Source: Monocercomonoides exilis PA203
Taxonomy: Eukaryota; Protista; Preaxostyla
NCBI GenBank assembly: GCA_001643675.2
Contig: LSRY02000033.1
Coordinates: 992,001 to 1,056,000, forward strand
Direction of reading: 5' to 3'
DNA: 64,000 nt
Numbering within the stretch: position 1 is the first letter of the stretch; each line of letters opens with the position of its first letter. The notes beneath the pieces are model-generated. The model did no database searches. It was not told the origin of the DNA and was given only the letters and a program-made list of their open reading frames with translations. This document shows positions 11,162 to 22,884 of the stretch, piece after piece. Made by a program: the position numbers and the translations under genes.

Positions 11162-13171
11162 GGGTTATAATTTTATCTCGACCTTTTTTTTTTATCTTGA
11201 CCTTCTTTTTTAATTAATCATTAACTTTTCCCACAATTTCATATTTGAAAAGATTTTTAAGTATATATATGAATTCAATTGATAAAAATAAATACATTTT
11301 GAAACAAACCCAATTTCGCATGGGGGGGAGATGGGGGGGTTTAGCCCCTTCATTGAACTTCTGTGTGGAATTGGAGGGTTACATGGGGCATAAAACCTTT
11401 AGTTTGTTAAAAATGTTATTTTTTGATTTTTTTTTCATTTCATTTCAATTAAAAAAATAAAAAATTATTATGATCTTAAAAATATTATAAAAAAAATGAA
11501 AATATCAACAGAAATAAAATTAAAAGAAGGGCAGAAAAAACTGCAAAGAGCAATGTCTTCGCGCAAGTATAGAAAATACAACAGTCGGCTGGAGCGAATG
11601 GCTCACATCGTTGTTGATGGAGTTTTTCGTATAACTGATGCTATCAATTCTAAGGAATTTAGTCGCACTGGAATAAAAAATGCAGTTAGAGCTCTCAGAA
11701 AAGGAAGGCTGGTTGGAAAAATTGGCAGACCTGCAGCAGTAGTGGGCGAAAAGGAACAAAGAGTTTTAGATATTATTCATATTGAAGCAAAGTCTGGAAC
11801 ATGTTTAACGTTAAAAAAAACAAGAGAATTGGTTTGCTTTATTTTTATTTATATGTTTTTATTATTTGCTTTTCAGATAGAAAATGTTATAAACGACAAT
11901 GATGATGAAGACGCACCATTTACAGAAGTTTCAATGTCTGCAACTTACGGCTTTGTCAAGCGTCATCCGGAGCTGAAGACTGGAACGCCGAAGAATCTGG
12001 ACATTAACAGACTTGCTGTTTCGTGCAGAAGTGCTTTTAAACCCTGGTATCAAACTCTCGACGAGCTGCATGAAAAGTTCCATAATAATCCAGCTTTGAT
12101 GATAAATGTCGATGAATCTTCAACGCGCGTTCCCACAGACTCAAAACAGCTTGTTGTTGTACATTCAGCAGATACAAAAGCAGGTTTTTCGAAGGAACCA
12201 CCAAGAATGATTAATACGACATTCGTGGCAGCTGTTGCAGCGGACGGATATGCCTTTCCTTCTATTATTCTATGGCCAAGTGCAAAGCTGCCAGATGAGC
12301 TGAAAAGCCTATTATCTCCTACGCTTGAGATATGGGCAAATGGAAGCGGCTGGATGGATAACGAGTGCTTTGAAAGGTATGCTCTCACCATTCTTCTTCC
12401 TTCCATCATCGAAAGAAGAAAGCGCATGTCACTTGAAAATGAACAAATTCTTCTCCTTCTTGACTCGCATGCATCTCGCGCAGATCCATCGATCTGGCGA
12501 GAATTCCAAAAACAACAAGTCGACGTTTTAACCTTCGTGCCACACAGCACACACCTCTGTCAACCACTGGACAGAGGAGTGTTTGCTGTTTTCAAATCTG
12601 AACTGACAAACAGATTTGAGGCTCCATCATCCTCTTCATCTTCCTCCAAACGAGCAGCAATTTCCGACGTTCTGCCTCAAGCTATCCACACTGCATTATC
12701 ACCTTCTGTAATTCAGAAAGCTTTCGTCTGCAGTGGTGTTCTGCACAATACTTCTGGGCCAGTTCTTTTGAAACTGCCCGAATCTTCAATTTACCCTCTT
12801 CCATCCCGAAGAAATAGATTCAACTTTTATGGAAAAGTGATAACCGACGAAATTCTTTTAGAGAAATGGGAAAATCATTTGAAAATGAATATTGAAAGGA
12901 AAAATGAAATGGATGAAAAGGAGAAAGATGAAGTGAAGACTGTTGTGGATGAAAAGAAAAAAATAAAAAGAAGATTTCTTCATGTGAAAAACGATGATTC
13001 TGAAGAAGAAAAGAAAGATAATGCATTAAATCGAGGTGAAGGAAAAAGAAAAGTTATCAGAAGAATTAATTCTGATTTTGTTTTCTTTTAATTATGTTAT
13101 TTTTTGAACTTTTCACACTTCATTTTTTTGGGTCAGAATAAAGAAAAAGGGTCAAGATAAAATAATAACCC
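11162..13171 (+). mobile_element. pogo/Fot1-like (DDE_1) DNA transposon, ~2.0 kb, ~40-bp TIRs, TA TSD
   Basis: TA|GGGTTATAATTTTATCTCGACC ... GGTCAAGATAAAATAATAACCC|TA encloses a transposase gene. Confidence 0.9.
11496..13091 (+). CDS. DD35D transposase (pogo/DDE_1 family) with a 45-nt in-frame intron at 11832-11876
   Basis: Catalytic motifs NVDESS, LLLLDSHASR and HSTHLCQPLDRGVF, with 35 residues between D2 and D3. Also GSGWMD and an N-terminal GRP motif. Intron reads GTTTGC...TTTTCAG. Confidence 0.9.
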   Translation: MKISTEIKLKEGQKKLQRAMSSRKYRKYNSRLERMAHIVVDGVFRITDAINSKEFSRTGIKNAVRALRKGRLVGKIGRPAAVVGEKEQRVLDIIHIEAKSGTCLTLKKTRELVCFIFIYMFLLFAFQIENVINDNDDEDAPFTEVSMSATYGFVKRHPELKTGTPKNLDINRLAVSCRSAFKPWYQTLDELHEKFHNNPALMINVDESSTRVPTDSKQLVVVHSADTKAGFSKEPPRMINTTFVAAVAADGYAFPSIILWPSAKLPDELKSLLSPTLEIWANGSGWMDNECFERYALTILLPSIIERRKRMSLENEQILLLLDSHASRADPSIWREFQKQQVDVLTFVPHSTHLCQPLDRGVFAVFKSELTNRFEAPSSSSSSSKRAAISDVLPQAIHTALSPSVIQKAFVCSGVLHNTSGPVLLKLPESSIYPLPSRRNRFNFYGKVITDEILLEKWENHLKMNIERKNEMDEKEKDEVKTVVDEKKKIKRRFLHVKNDDSEEEKKDNALNRGEGKRKVIRRINSDFVFF

Positions 13172-13688
13172 TAAGTAGTTTATTTTTTGGTTTATTGTAG
13201 AATTGGAGTTTTGCTTTAACAGAGAACTGTAATATTCTTTTCATTTCACATTATAAAACACATACTGAAGGAACAACATTTGCTTTTATTGCGAATAAGC
13301 TTTCTATTTTTCAATTTTTACCTGATTGTATTTGGTTTGAGAGATTTTTCAGAAAAATAGAGATTATTAATGAATGAAAAAAAATTGACGGATAAAGTTT
13401 TATAGAACAAAATTTATTATTCAACAAAAGAATTCAACATAAATAAAAATTTGTCTAAATTAGATTTATAAACCTTAACATTTTTCTTTAAATTTCACTT
13501 TGCCCAACAAGATTAACCACATAAATTTCTTGAATCCACCGATGTGAAATGATAGTTTGAAAATTTAGAGTTTCATCGCTTATTAATGATTCAGAATTAT
13601 TTAAAAAATATGAAACAACTGTTTAAATCCTTTTTTATTTCCTTTTCAGGAAGATAATGTATTTTCGGATAATTACGACAAAACAAAT

Positions 13689-16160
13689 ATGTTTATTCGT
13701 TCTTCAAATAAATCATATCAAACGCACACTCCATTGGTTGAACAACGGCCATTATCATCTTTCCATTTAACATCAGAAACAAGTTCTTCTTCGATTCCTT
13801 TTGCCAAATCTCCGAGCGGATTTCTTGGAACAAGAACAATGAGCGAATATACTTCATATTTTGGTTATACGTGTCCTTCTTTTTCAAATCCTAATTCACG
13901 TTATTTCGAACAAATTATGTCTCGACGAAAAGATAAACAAAAGCATTTTTCTTTATCTAGCTATCAAACTGAAAATATTATAAATACAAATTCTGACATT
14001 TCCTTAGCTCATTCATCACAAGTGAAAAATAATTTTAACGATCAACCTTCTTCACCATTATTGTTACCTTCACTTTGCACTTCTGCTTCAATTTTTCCAT
14101 CGAGGCCATTTAACCAACCAACAAAACAAGAAATAGTTAAAACAGATGACAAGATGCGCCCTCAAAGTCCGTTGGATCCACTTCTTACAGATAATTTTTT
14201 GTCTTGGCAGCCAGTACATTCTGCACATCTGCAGCAATGCCCTGACACAGAAATCGAAATGTATGGCAAGAAATTCTCTGTCATCTATGATTACTATAAA
14301 CTTCATATGCAGATGAAATGGCGGAAAAATGATGAATTGAGGAATCAATCATCGTTATGTCCTTCAGCATTTGCAAAGATTCAAGAAAGTGACGCTAAAA
14401 ATGAAAAAAGCACATTAACTGAAAATTGTTTCGATAAAGATGAGGAAGGAAAAGAAGGTGACGAAAACAACATAATAACAGATAAAAGGGACGATGAAGA
14501 TATTTACCTAAATGAAGAAGAAACTGAAGAGAAAAAGAGGCGATTGAGAATGATAAGACAGGAGATAAAGGAAGCAAAAGAATTCAGAAAGGTTTTTGGA
14601 GAATGGGTGAGGAAAGATTGGATTTCAGACAAAGATGAAATAGCTATGTGGGATGCAGCTGAACAAAAGATTAAGGAAAAGGAAGAAAAACAGATGCCTT
14701 GTATGGAAAACACTGAAAATAAGGGAAATCAAACAATATTGAATGTAAATGGGAAGCTAAACGAGAGCACACTGGAAGAACTTCAGATTTTGTTGAAAGA
14801 GGAATTGGAACGTGGAACATTAGAAAGCGACCTGAAAGAGCTGATGGAGAGCATTTCATCAAAAGCAAGCAAAGAAGAAAAAAGGCAAAGGATGAGGGAG
14901 ATGTCAGAACTTGAGCGATATTTTGCTGAGATCGATGAAAAGAGAGGGAAGATACAGAAGAAGAGAAAAGAAGAGGAGGCACTTAAATGCGAAGGGATAC
15001 AAAAAACAGAGGGAGAAGAGCAAATTGAAAATAACAAAGAGATGGACAACAAAGAAACAACCTCTGAAAATGCGTATTTGGGAGATGATAAAGAAGGCGA
15101 AACGGGCATACACATTTCATCAAATTTGGATGAAAGAAATGAACATTTGTCGAAAGCCATCCAGCAAAAAGGAATTTCTCTACATTCACTCACAAAAAGT
15201 TCTGTTTTCTTTTTTTCAACAAAGACAGATTCATCAGAACGAGAAAGTGATTTGGACAAGAAAGAAGACGATTTCCCATTGATGAGTCAGAAAGTCGATT
15301 TGGATGGAAATAATTGCCAGGAAATTCAAACTGAAGGGCATTTCTCTGATATTTCAAAAGAACTAAGTGAAAACTTGAAAAATTTATCAGAGCACTCAAA
15401 AGCACAGCTCTCCAACAATCTTCCACTGATTTTGAGAATGCAACCATTTTCTTCATCTCGTGTAAGTCCTTCTTTATCAACATCTCCAACATTTTATGAG
15501 CCTTTCATTTGTTCTCCCAATTCAACAAGAACAAGCCCTCAAATATCTCCAGAGACAAAAAAAATGCTGCGAAACATAAAATCTTCAAACGACCTTTGTT
15601 TCATCTCATCAAAATACAATTCATCGCCTTCTGAGTTGCTTTCTTCCTCTCCATTTGATTCAAAAGAGTCGGATGTTCCTGTTTACACAATGGACATAGC
15701 AGATTCTTCATTCAGCACTCAATCACAGCACATTCTGTCTGTCCAGACATTTTTAAATTACTCGCATGCTTCAGACGAAGTATATTTCATTGTTCCTCTT
15801 CTCTTCTTGCCTTTTTCTAAAACAGCATTCAACAGCCCGTTTGATGCACATTCATTTCAGAAAACGGCGAACGAAGTCTTATTGACGAAGAGAAAGAATT
15901 TCCATGAGGTTACCCTTTCAGTTCTTAATCAAAGGTTTTTCTTAAAGACACCACCACAAAGAAAGTTCTTATGGTGTTTTGACAAAGTTGAAGAAAACGA
16001 GAAGAAGCGCCAAAAGGTTTTATATTACAAAAAGCTTCATTCGCTAAACAACGGAACTCTGAAAGATTATTTAATTTCAAGAGATGGAGAATTAGAGCCT
16101 CAAAATCCAGTTGTTCAAACCGAATATTTTCCTCCTAATGTATATTTTTCAATTGTTTAG
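13689..16160 (+). CDS. Hypothetical protein (Ser-rich and Glu/Lys coiled-coil regions); ends uncertain
   Basis: 823-codon uninterrupted ORF with no recognisable motif. Confidence 0.6.
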   Translation: MFIRSSNKSYQTHTPLVEQRPLSSFHLTSETSSSSIPFAKSPSGFLGTRTMSEYTSYFGYTCPSFSNPNSRYFEQIMSRRKDKQKHFSLSSYQTENIINTNSDISLAHSSQVKNNFNDQPSSPLLLPSLCTSASIFPSRPFNQPTKQEIVKTDDKMRPQSPLDPLLTDNFLSWQPVHSAHLQQCPDTEIEMYGKKFSVIYDYYKLHMQMKWRKNDELRNQSSLCPSAFAKIQESDAKNEKSTLTENCFDKDEEGKEGDENNIITDKRDDEDIYLNEEETEEKKRRLRMIRQEIKEAKEFRKVFGEWVRKDWISDKDEIAMWDAAEQKIKEKEEKQMPCMENTENKGNQTILNVNGKLNESTLEELQILLKEELERGTLESDLKELMESISSKASKEEKRQRMREMSELERYFAEIDEKRGKIQKKRKEEEALKCEGIQKTEGEEQIENNKEMDNKETTSENAYLGDDKEGETGIHISSNLDERNEHLSKAIQQKGISLHSLTKSSVFFFSTKTDSSERESDLDKKEDDFPLMSQKVDLDGNNCQEIQTEGHFSDISKELSENLKNLSEHSKAQLSNNLPLILRMQPFSSSRVSPSLSTSPTFYEPFICSPNSTRTSPQISPETKKMLRNIKSSNDLCFISSKYNSSPSELLSSSPFDSKESDVPVYTMDIADSSFSTQSQHILSVQTFLNYSHASDEVYFIVPLLFLPFSKTAFNSPFDAHSFQKTANEVLLTKRKNFHEVTLSVLNQRFFLKTPPQRKFLWCFDKVEENEKKRQKVLYYKKLHSLNNGTLKDYLISRDGELEPQNPVVQTEYFPPNVYFSIV

Positions 16161-16382
16161 GAGAATATTCGTTGCTTATGTGGATAGCTTCTCAACAATT
16201 ATCTGTAAAAAAATTTTTTTTCTTACCTTTTTTATCAATTTAAAATAATGACGCTTAATTTAAGGTGGCGAGGAGATTTAGCACAAGAGAATTTATTTGA
16301 ATTACATGAATATTTGAAAATATTTGTTTAAAAAAATAATAATACATATGGAATATGGATAATTGTTGATCTAATAACTTTG

Positions 16383-19300
16383 ATGGAAAAACAGACTGCC
16401 ACAGGTGATTTGGTTGATCCAAATTTTACTTATCATAACATATCTGTAAAAGAAACAGCTAAGATTTTGCACACAAATCTTGAGACTGGATTGACGGACT
16501 CAGAAGCAGAAAAGCGCTTGAAACAATATGGCCCAAATGCTCTTCCAGCAGCAAAAAGACTGCATCCTATCCTTATGCTTTTAAAACAATTTCATAGCGT
16601 ATTGATATATTTATTGCTGGTTGTTATGATCTTTTGCTTTGCTACTGAGCAAATTGTGTGTTTATCTTTTTCTTCATTTTTGCTTTTACGGATGACATTT
16701 GCCTTTCTTTTTAAAAATAAATATTTTAGCCGGAAGGTGTTGTTATTGCAGTTGTCTTGATTGCAAATGCAATTATTGGATACATTCAAGAAAGTCGTGC
16801 GGAAAAAGATACAGAAGCTTTGACAAAAATGCTTTCATTAAGCGCACTTTGCGTTCGGAATGGAATTAAAAAAGAAATTGAGTCATCAAAATTGGTTCCC
16901 GGTGACATTGTGGCCCTTACAGGTGGGGATAAGATTCCAGCCGATTGTAGATTGTTTGAATCAAAGAATTTTCATGCACAAGAAGCTGCTTTAACAGGAG
17001 AAACAACAACAAACCCAAAGACTGTTGACATTCTTGACAAGGATACAGTTCTTGGAGAACGCTCTAACATGGTGTTTTCTGGGACATATGCTTCTCAAGG
17101 TTCGGCAACTGCAATTGTTGTTAATACTGGGATTCATACGGAGATTGGAAAAATTAATACAATGGTACAAAATGTGGATGAGAAAAAGACTCCTCTCACA
17201 ACTCAAATTGATGCATTCAATCGAGTTATTGTGATTTTATGCATAATCCTGATGGTTGTTGCCTTTGGTGCAGTTTTTGGTATGAATTATGGAATCATCA
17301 CTTGGCAAGAGGCTATTATGTATGGTGCTTCCATTGGTGTAGCTGTTGTTCCCGAAGGAATGCCAGCTATTGTTTCGCTCACGCTTGCAATTGGTATGCA
17401 GAGAATGGCATCGCGCAAAGCCTTGATTCGTAGACTTCCAGCTGTAGAAACACTGGGTGCTGTCTCTGTTATCTGCTCCGACAAAACAGGAACACTGACA
17501 ACAAACCAGATGACGACACGTGCAATTCTCCTCAGCAAAGCCAAGTACAGCGTTGGAGGAACAGGATACGATCCGTGTGAAGGAGAGGTGATGACAGAGA
17601 CAGGAGAGTTGTCGCTGAAAGAGAAAGATGGAGATCCACGGAATGACTACACTTTGTCATATCAGCCAGGCTCAGATGGATTTGAGCTGATGCAGAAGAG
17701 AGTTATGGAATGGAAGGAAAGAAGACAGAGACATGCTGAAAGTGTGCTCAACATTGTGGGGATGAAGGCATCAGACGATGAGACCTTTATTGAGGAAAAG
17801 CAGAATGAGCAATCAGCATCTGATTCCTCTCATGCCCCGTTGGGAGCTGTTGATAATGTGCCTTCTGAGGTGACTCCCAAAGGCGAATCTCCGTTCTATG
17901 CCTATCCGCGTCTTGTACGTGCAATGGTCCGCTGTGGTGTTCTGTGCAATGATTCGTCGCTGGTTAAAAACGAGGAAGGAAGATGGACCATTCAAGGTGA
18001 CACGACTGAAGGATCGCTTTTCCCTCTGGCTGTGAAATGCGGCCAGTCACCGGCTTCGATAATTGCGAACTGCCCCAGATTGGATGTCATTCCATTTGAA
18101 TCAGACTTTGGATTCATGGCAACAATCAACAGATGCCCGAATGATGTGTGTGATGTGAAAAGCGCATTTGAAGATGCTTCATCATCGTCTTCGTCTTCGT
18201 CTTCATCATCAGAGCCTTCTCCTTCTCCTTCACCTGCTTCATCGCCAATGGACGAGATGATTGGAATGAGGAGAAAGAGCAAGAAATACCACGATATTCT
18301 CTTCCTTAAAGGAGCACCCGAGAAAGTGTTTGCTCTCTGCTCGACGCAATCATCAACACGCGAGGTGCACGGCTCGTTGGATGAAGATGTTGTGGCTGAG
18401 CCTCTCAATTTGGAGTATTGGAAGGAGCAGACAGAGAAAGTGGCTGCACTGGGCCTTCGTACCCTGGCACTTGCACAGCGCATTTGTGAGCCTGGCCGCT
18501 TTTTGACACCAGAAGAAGAGAAAGAGAAGAAGCGCAAGGCGCAGAAGGAAGCAATGGAAAGACAGAAAACAGCTGGCGGAGCAGACGGAGATGACGCAGA
18601 AGCCTTGCCTGTTAAAGCTGTTTCTCACAACGAGCCTTTGCAATTCGAAGAGATTTACAAAGGCGGATTCACTCTGCTTGGTGTGGTTGGAATATTCGAT
18701 CCGCCACGTTCTGAGTCTCGCCGTGCAATCAGACGGTGCCGCCGCGCTGGAATCAGAGTGGTGATGATTACAGGTGACCACGCAAAGACAGCAGCAGCTG
18801 TTGGAGGATTGTTGGGGCTGAACCCGAACGAGACAAAGACATCCACAGAGCTCGCTCAGCTGTCTGAAGAAGAGCTGAGAGAGAATGTGAAACACATTGA
18901 AATATACTCACGTGCCACACCAGCTGACAAGCTGAGGATTGTGAAGGCACTTCAGGCAGAAGGATTTATCACAGCAATGACAGGCGATGGAGTGAATGAT
19001 GCACCCGCACTGAAGCAGGCACATGCAGGAATTGCGATGGGGATCAACGGGACAGAGGTGGCAAAGGAGGCATCGAAGATGATTCTTCTGGATGACAACT
19101 TTGCAACCATCGTGTCTGCTGTGGAGCAAGGAAGGATTGTGTACAACTCGTTGAAGCGATCCATCTCGTTCATCTTGCCAACAAACGTGGCAGAAGGCTC
19201 TGTTTTGTTTGTGTCCTCGTTTATTTCACCAATTCCTCCGATCAATGCACTGCAGATTTTGTGGGTGAACACCATCACCTCAATCACTCTTTCCTCTCTC

Positions 19301-20761
19301 ATTCCTTTCCAGAGAGGCGAACAGAATGTGCTGACTGTTCCTCCACGTGACACAAAGAAGGGATTCTTGACTTCGACAATTATCATTCGTACTCTGTATG
19401 TTGGGTTCCTGATTGCAGCCATTGTCATCTTGTGGTTCTATCTGAATCTGCCGTATCCAGTGAACAAAGAGCTCAACGGCGAGTTGGTGAAGCATTACTC
19501 GACAATGGCAGTGAACATTATTGTTATGTGTGAAATCACCTTTTTGTTCAACTGTGTCTATCTGAAGGACAATGCGTGCACGCCCTTCGTGTTCAGAGAC
19601 ATCGGGTGGCCGTCTCTTGTGTCGATTGTGATTCTGATTGGGCTGCAGATGATGCTGACATACACCCCTGGGCTGAACGAGGTGTTTGGGATGAAAGGGA
19701 TCTCGTTCATCGACTGGCTCATTGTGATTGCCTTTGGTGTGGGGGTGTTTATTGTTGTGGAGATTGAGAAGGCGATTCGTCGCTGTGTCCACGCCATTCA
19801 GCGGAAGAGGAAGGGAATCTCTGTCGACATGGACGACGACGAGGAAGACACAGAAGAGAACAAAAAGAGAAGAAAGCTGCTGAGATCAGAAAGGAAAAAG
19901 AAAAAGTACGAAAAATCTGCAAAGAGCCCAAGCGACAATCAAAGTTCATCATCGTCTTCTTCTTCTACTTCTTCTTCTTCTTCTCCTGTAACAACAATGT
20001 CAACAATGCCAGTTAAATCTTCTTCATCACAGGCAGCTGATAAACAATCAAGTCCATCAGAATCAAAAGCGGTTGAGATGTCGACATTCTTTATGTCTCC
20101 AGCTGCAGCTGAATCTTCATCAAGCTCTGAAACACAAAAGAAGGAAGAAGAGGAAAAGAAGAAACAAGACAACGAAGAAAAAGAAGAAAAAGAAAAAGAA
20201 GAAAAAGAAAAAGAAGAAAAAGAAGACGAAGAAAAAAGAAAGATGGAAGAAGAGGAAAGAACAGAAATGGAAAGGAAGAGAAAAGAAGAAGAGGAAGAAG
20301 AGAGAAAAAGAAAAGAAGAGGAAGAAAAGAAAAGAAAGGAAGAAGAAGAGGCAGAAAAGAAAAGAAAAGAGGAAGAAGAAGAGAAGAGAAAGATGGAAGA
20401 GGAGGAAAGAGAAAGAAAAGAAGCAGAAGAGAAGAAGAGAAAAGAAGAAGAAGAAGAACGCTTAAGAAAAGAAGAGGAAGAAAGAAAGCAAAAAGAAGAA
20501 GAAGAGAAGAAGAAAGAGGAGGAAGAAGAGAAGAGAAGAGAAGAGGAAGAGAAAGCAGCAGAAGAGAAAGAAACGAAACAAGAAGAAGACAAACAAGAAA
20601 GTGGCTCAACAGCCGAACAAGCAGCAGAGTCAACCGAAGAGCCAACGGTTGAAACCCCATCGACTGAAACAGAAGAGCAATCAGCTGCCGAACAGCCTCC
20701 AAAGCAGACAGAAAATGAGGCAGCGGAGTCAGCTGCCAAAGCAGACGAGTCAAGCGAATAG
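16383..20761 (+). CDS. P-type II cation-transporting ATPase with a long E/K/R-rich C-terminal tail; intron 16656-16729
   Basis: Motifs [34 protein letters not shown] and [15 protein letters not shown]. Splicing joins [26 protein letters not shown] in frame. Confidence 0.95.
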
Positions 20762-20764
20762 GGA

Positions 20765-22600
20765 TTTACATCTCGAAGTGAGAAATGAAGGGGCAATCAC
20801 ACCAGTCAACTCATCAACATTGATTGTGGCTTCTTTAATTCCACAGTCTGTTCCTTCGACAGCACCACCTTTCCTTTTTCTTTCCTTTCTTCTTTCTTTT
20901 AACTCCGAAAGTAGTGCTAACTAAACATTAAAGACCTTTTTCATTAGCATGCTAATGGAATAAGACATTCACAGTTAATTTGCCTGAAGATACAAATAAA
21001 TACTCAAACATCAGAATTCTATAATAACCAACTGACAGATCATAAGGACTATCAAAAGCTCTTGATTCACTTGTTCAGATTTCAGTTATTTACACATAAT
21101 TTATGAATAATTGGGCATCTAATATTCACAGATGGTGCTGCCAGCAATATTCTCTTTATTTTCATGACTAAACTTCTTATAAGAGCCGATGAACTGAAGA
21201 TGCCATGCGAAGTCTGTTGCTTCGCATCTGCTTTCATTTGGTTCATCTTTCTTCAGAAATGGATGAAGTTTTTCAAGCAACTTTACATTTTGGACAAAAC
21301 ATTCTACGTCTCTTCAACTTGTTCCAATTCATCGTATTTCTGTATATATGTGTGTATGTTTATCTGCGAAATTGATGTTTTCTAAATGAAAATTAACAAT
21401 AAATCGCAGACTGATACAAATTTATGGATTTTATATTCAGCCTGTATGGATCATTACAATTATGCATTTTTTGAAGTGATGTGTAGGTCATATTCAATTG
21501 AAAAGTGCATCAAGTGAATGAGAAGAATTGGAGTTGCTTTTTTAAACCAATTTCTGTAAATGAAGCAAAAGGACACATCTTGTTAATGTTGAAGAATATT
21601 TATGAGTCTGATAATAGATGAACATGGCGAACTGAATTATGTTGTTTGAATTCGGATTATTTGAACTTAAAGTGAAAATAGAAGCGAAAATTACAGAGCA
21701 AAAATCGGCAGACGAAGATAACTTATGCCACACTCATTTTGCATGTTGAATTTAACAGAATCTTGGAGTTTTTTATTTTCACGTTAGTTTTGCCAAAATT
21801 TCTGTTATGAGCTTATTGTTCATGCGAAATGAAGATTTAGGCTGTCCGCCTGTGGTTATAGTTATCATTCCCTTTGATTACAATATTGAAGATTGTTTAT
21901 TCGTCTTCACATATTATTTCTTGATGATATGTTGCTGCTCCGTTTTAGTGGGATACTTTTCGGAATTCAGCCAATCAGTTAAATATACTCTTGTTTTATT
22001 GAGGCTGAATTATTTGTTGTGCTTCATCTGAAGTCATTTCTTTTGCTGTCTAACTTTTTCACTATTCTAATTTACTGGTTTTCTCTCTTGTCCTCATTTG
22101 TTCCAATTCCTTTTTGAACTTATTTTGTACAGAATTTTGTGGATGTGATTGTTCTTAATCATTTCTTATTCGAGATGTATATTTATGGATGCATTTACTT
22201 GTGCTTGTAATAAATAATTAAATTTTCATGATGGATATTCTGCTTATTAGAATTATTATTAGTTTGACTTTTTTGAGAACGATTCAAGAAGAAATTTATG
22301 AATTAATTTCTTGACAATTTTGAAATATTTTATTTATCATGATTATTATTTCTTTTTTTCAAATGTTTTCTTAATGCGTCTTTTTTTTGAAAAGAATGTA
22401 TATGCTTCAGTGAATTTTGCTTCAAACTCTTTTTTTATTAATTTTTTAAAATCTTCTTTAGAAAGTTATTCATCAACTTGTGTCTTTAATTGTATTTTTA
22501 TCTCCCGTTTTTAACATCCAATAATTCCACGATGATTGGGGGATCATTTAAAGTTATATCGCAGCATTCACATCACAAATATCAAACAATAAAAGAAATG
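20765..22600 (-). pseudogene. Possible heavily decayed coding sequence of unknown identity
   Basis: Minus-strand frames give protein-like runs broken by scattered stops, e.g. EIKIQLKTQVDE*LSKEDFKKLIKKEFEAKF and DVECFVQNVKLLEKLHPFL. Confidence 0.3.
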
Positions 22601-22884
22601 CTTGCGCTATTCTTTTCCTATATAGCCTTTATGTTTCATGAACACAACAATTATTATAATTTAAGGAAAAAAAATAAATATCAAAGAAATGAATTAATGA
22701 CAGAACATAGAATTAAGATAAAAAATATTTCAAAACAACTGTAAGTTAGAATCAATTCACTCATCAAGAAATGATCACCTCAAAAAGGCAACCCAAATTG
22801 AAACATATAAAGTAATTCGTTGAAACAATGAATTGACAAAATTCATTAAATGAAAAGTCATCTAAAACCACTACATAAAGAACT

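Noticed and set aside
11159-13174. PIF/Harbinger classification from GGG termini and TTA/TAA flanks
   Set aside because: The two trinucleotides differ, only TA is duplicated, and the transposase is DDE_1/pogo type.
19939-20796. Long Ser/Phe-rich antisense ORFs (also 118-726, 36779-38191, 61234-62832 and similar)
   Set aside because: They are shadows of GAA-rich coding sequence on the opposite strand.
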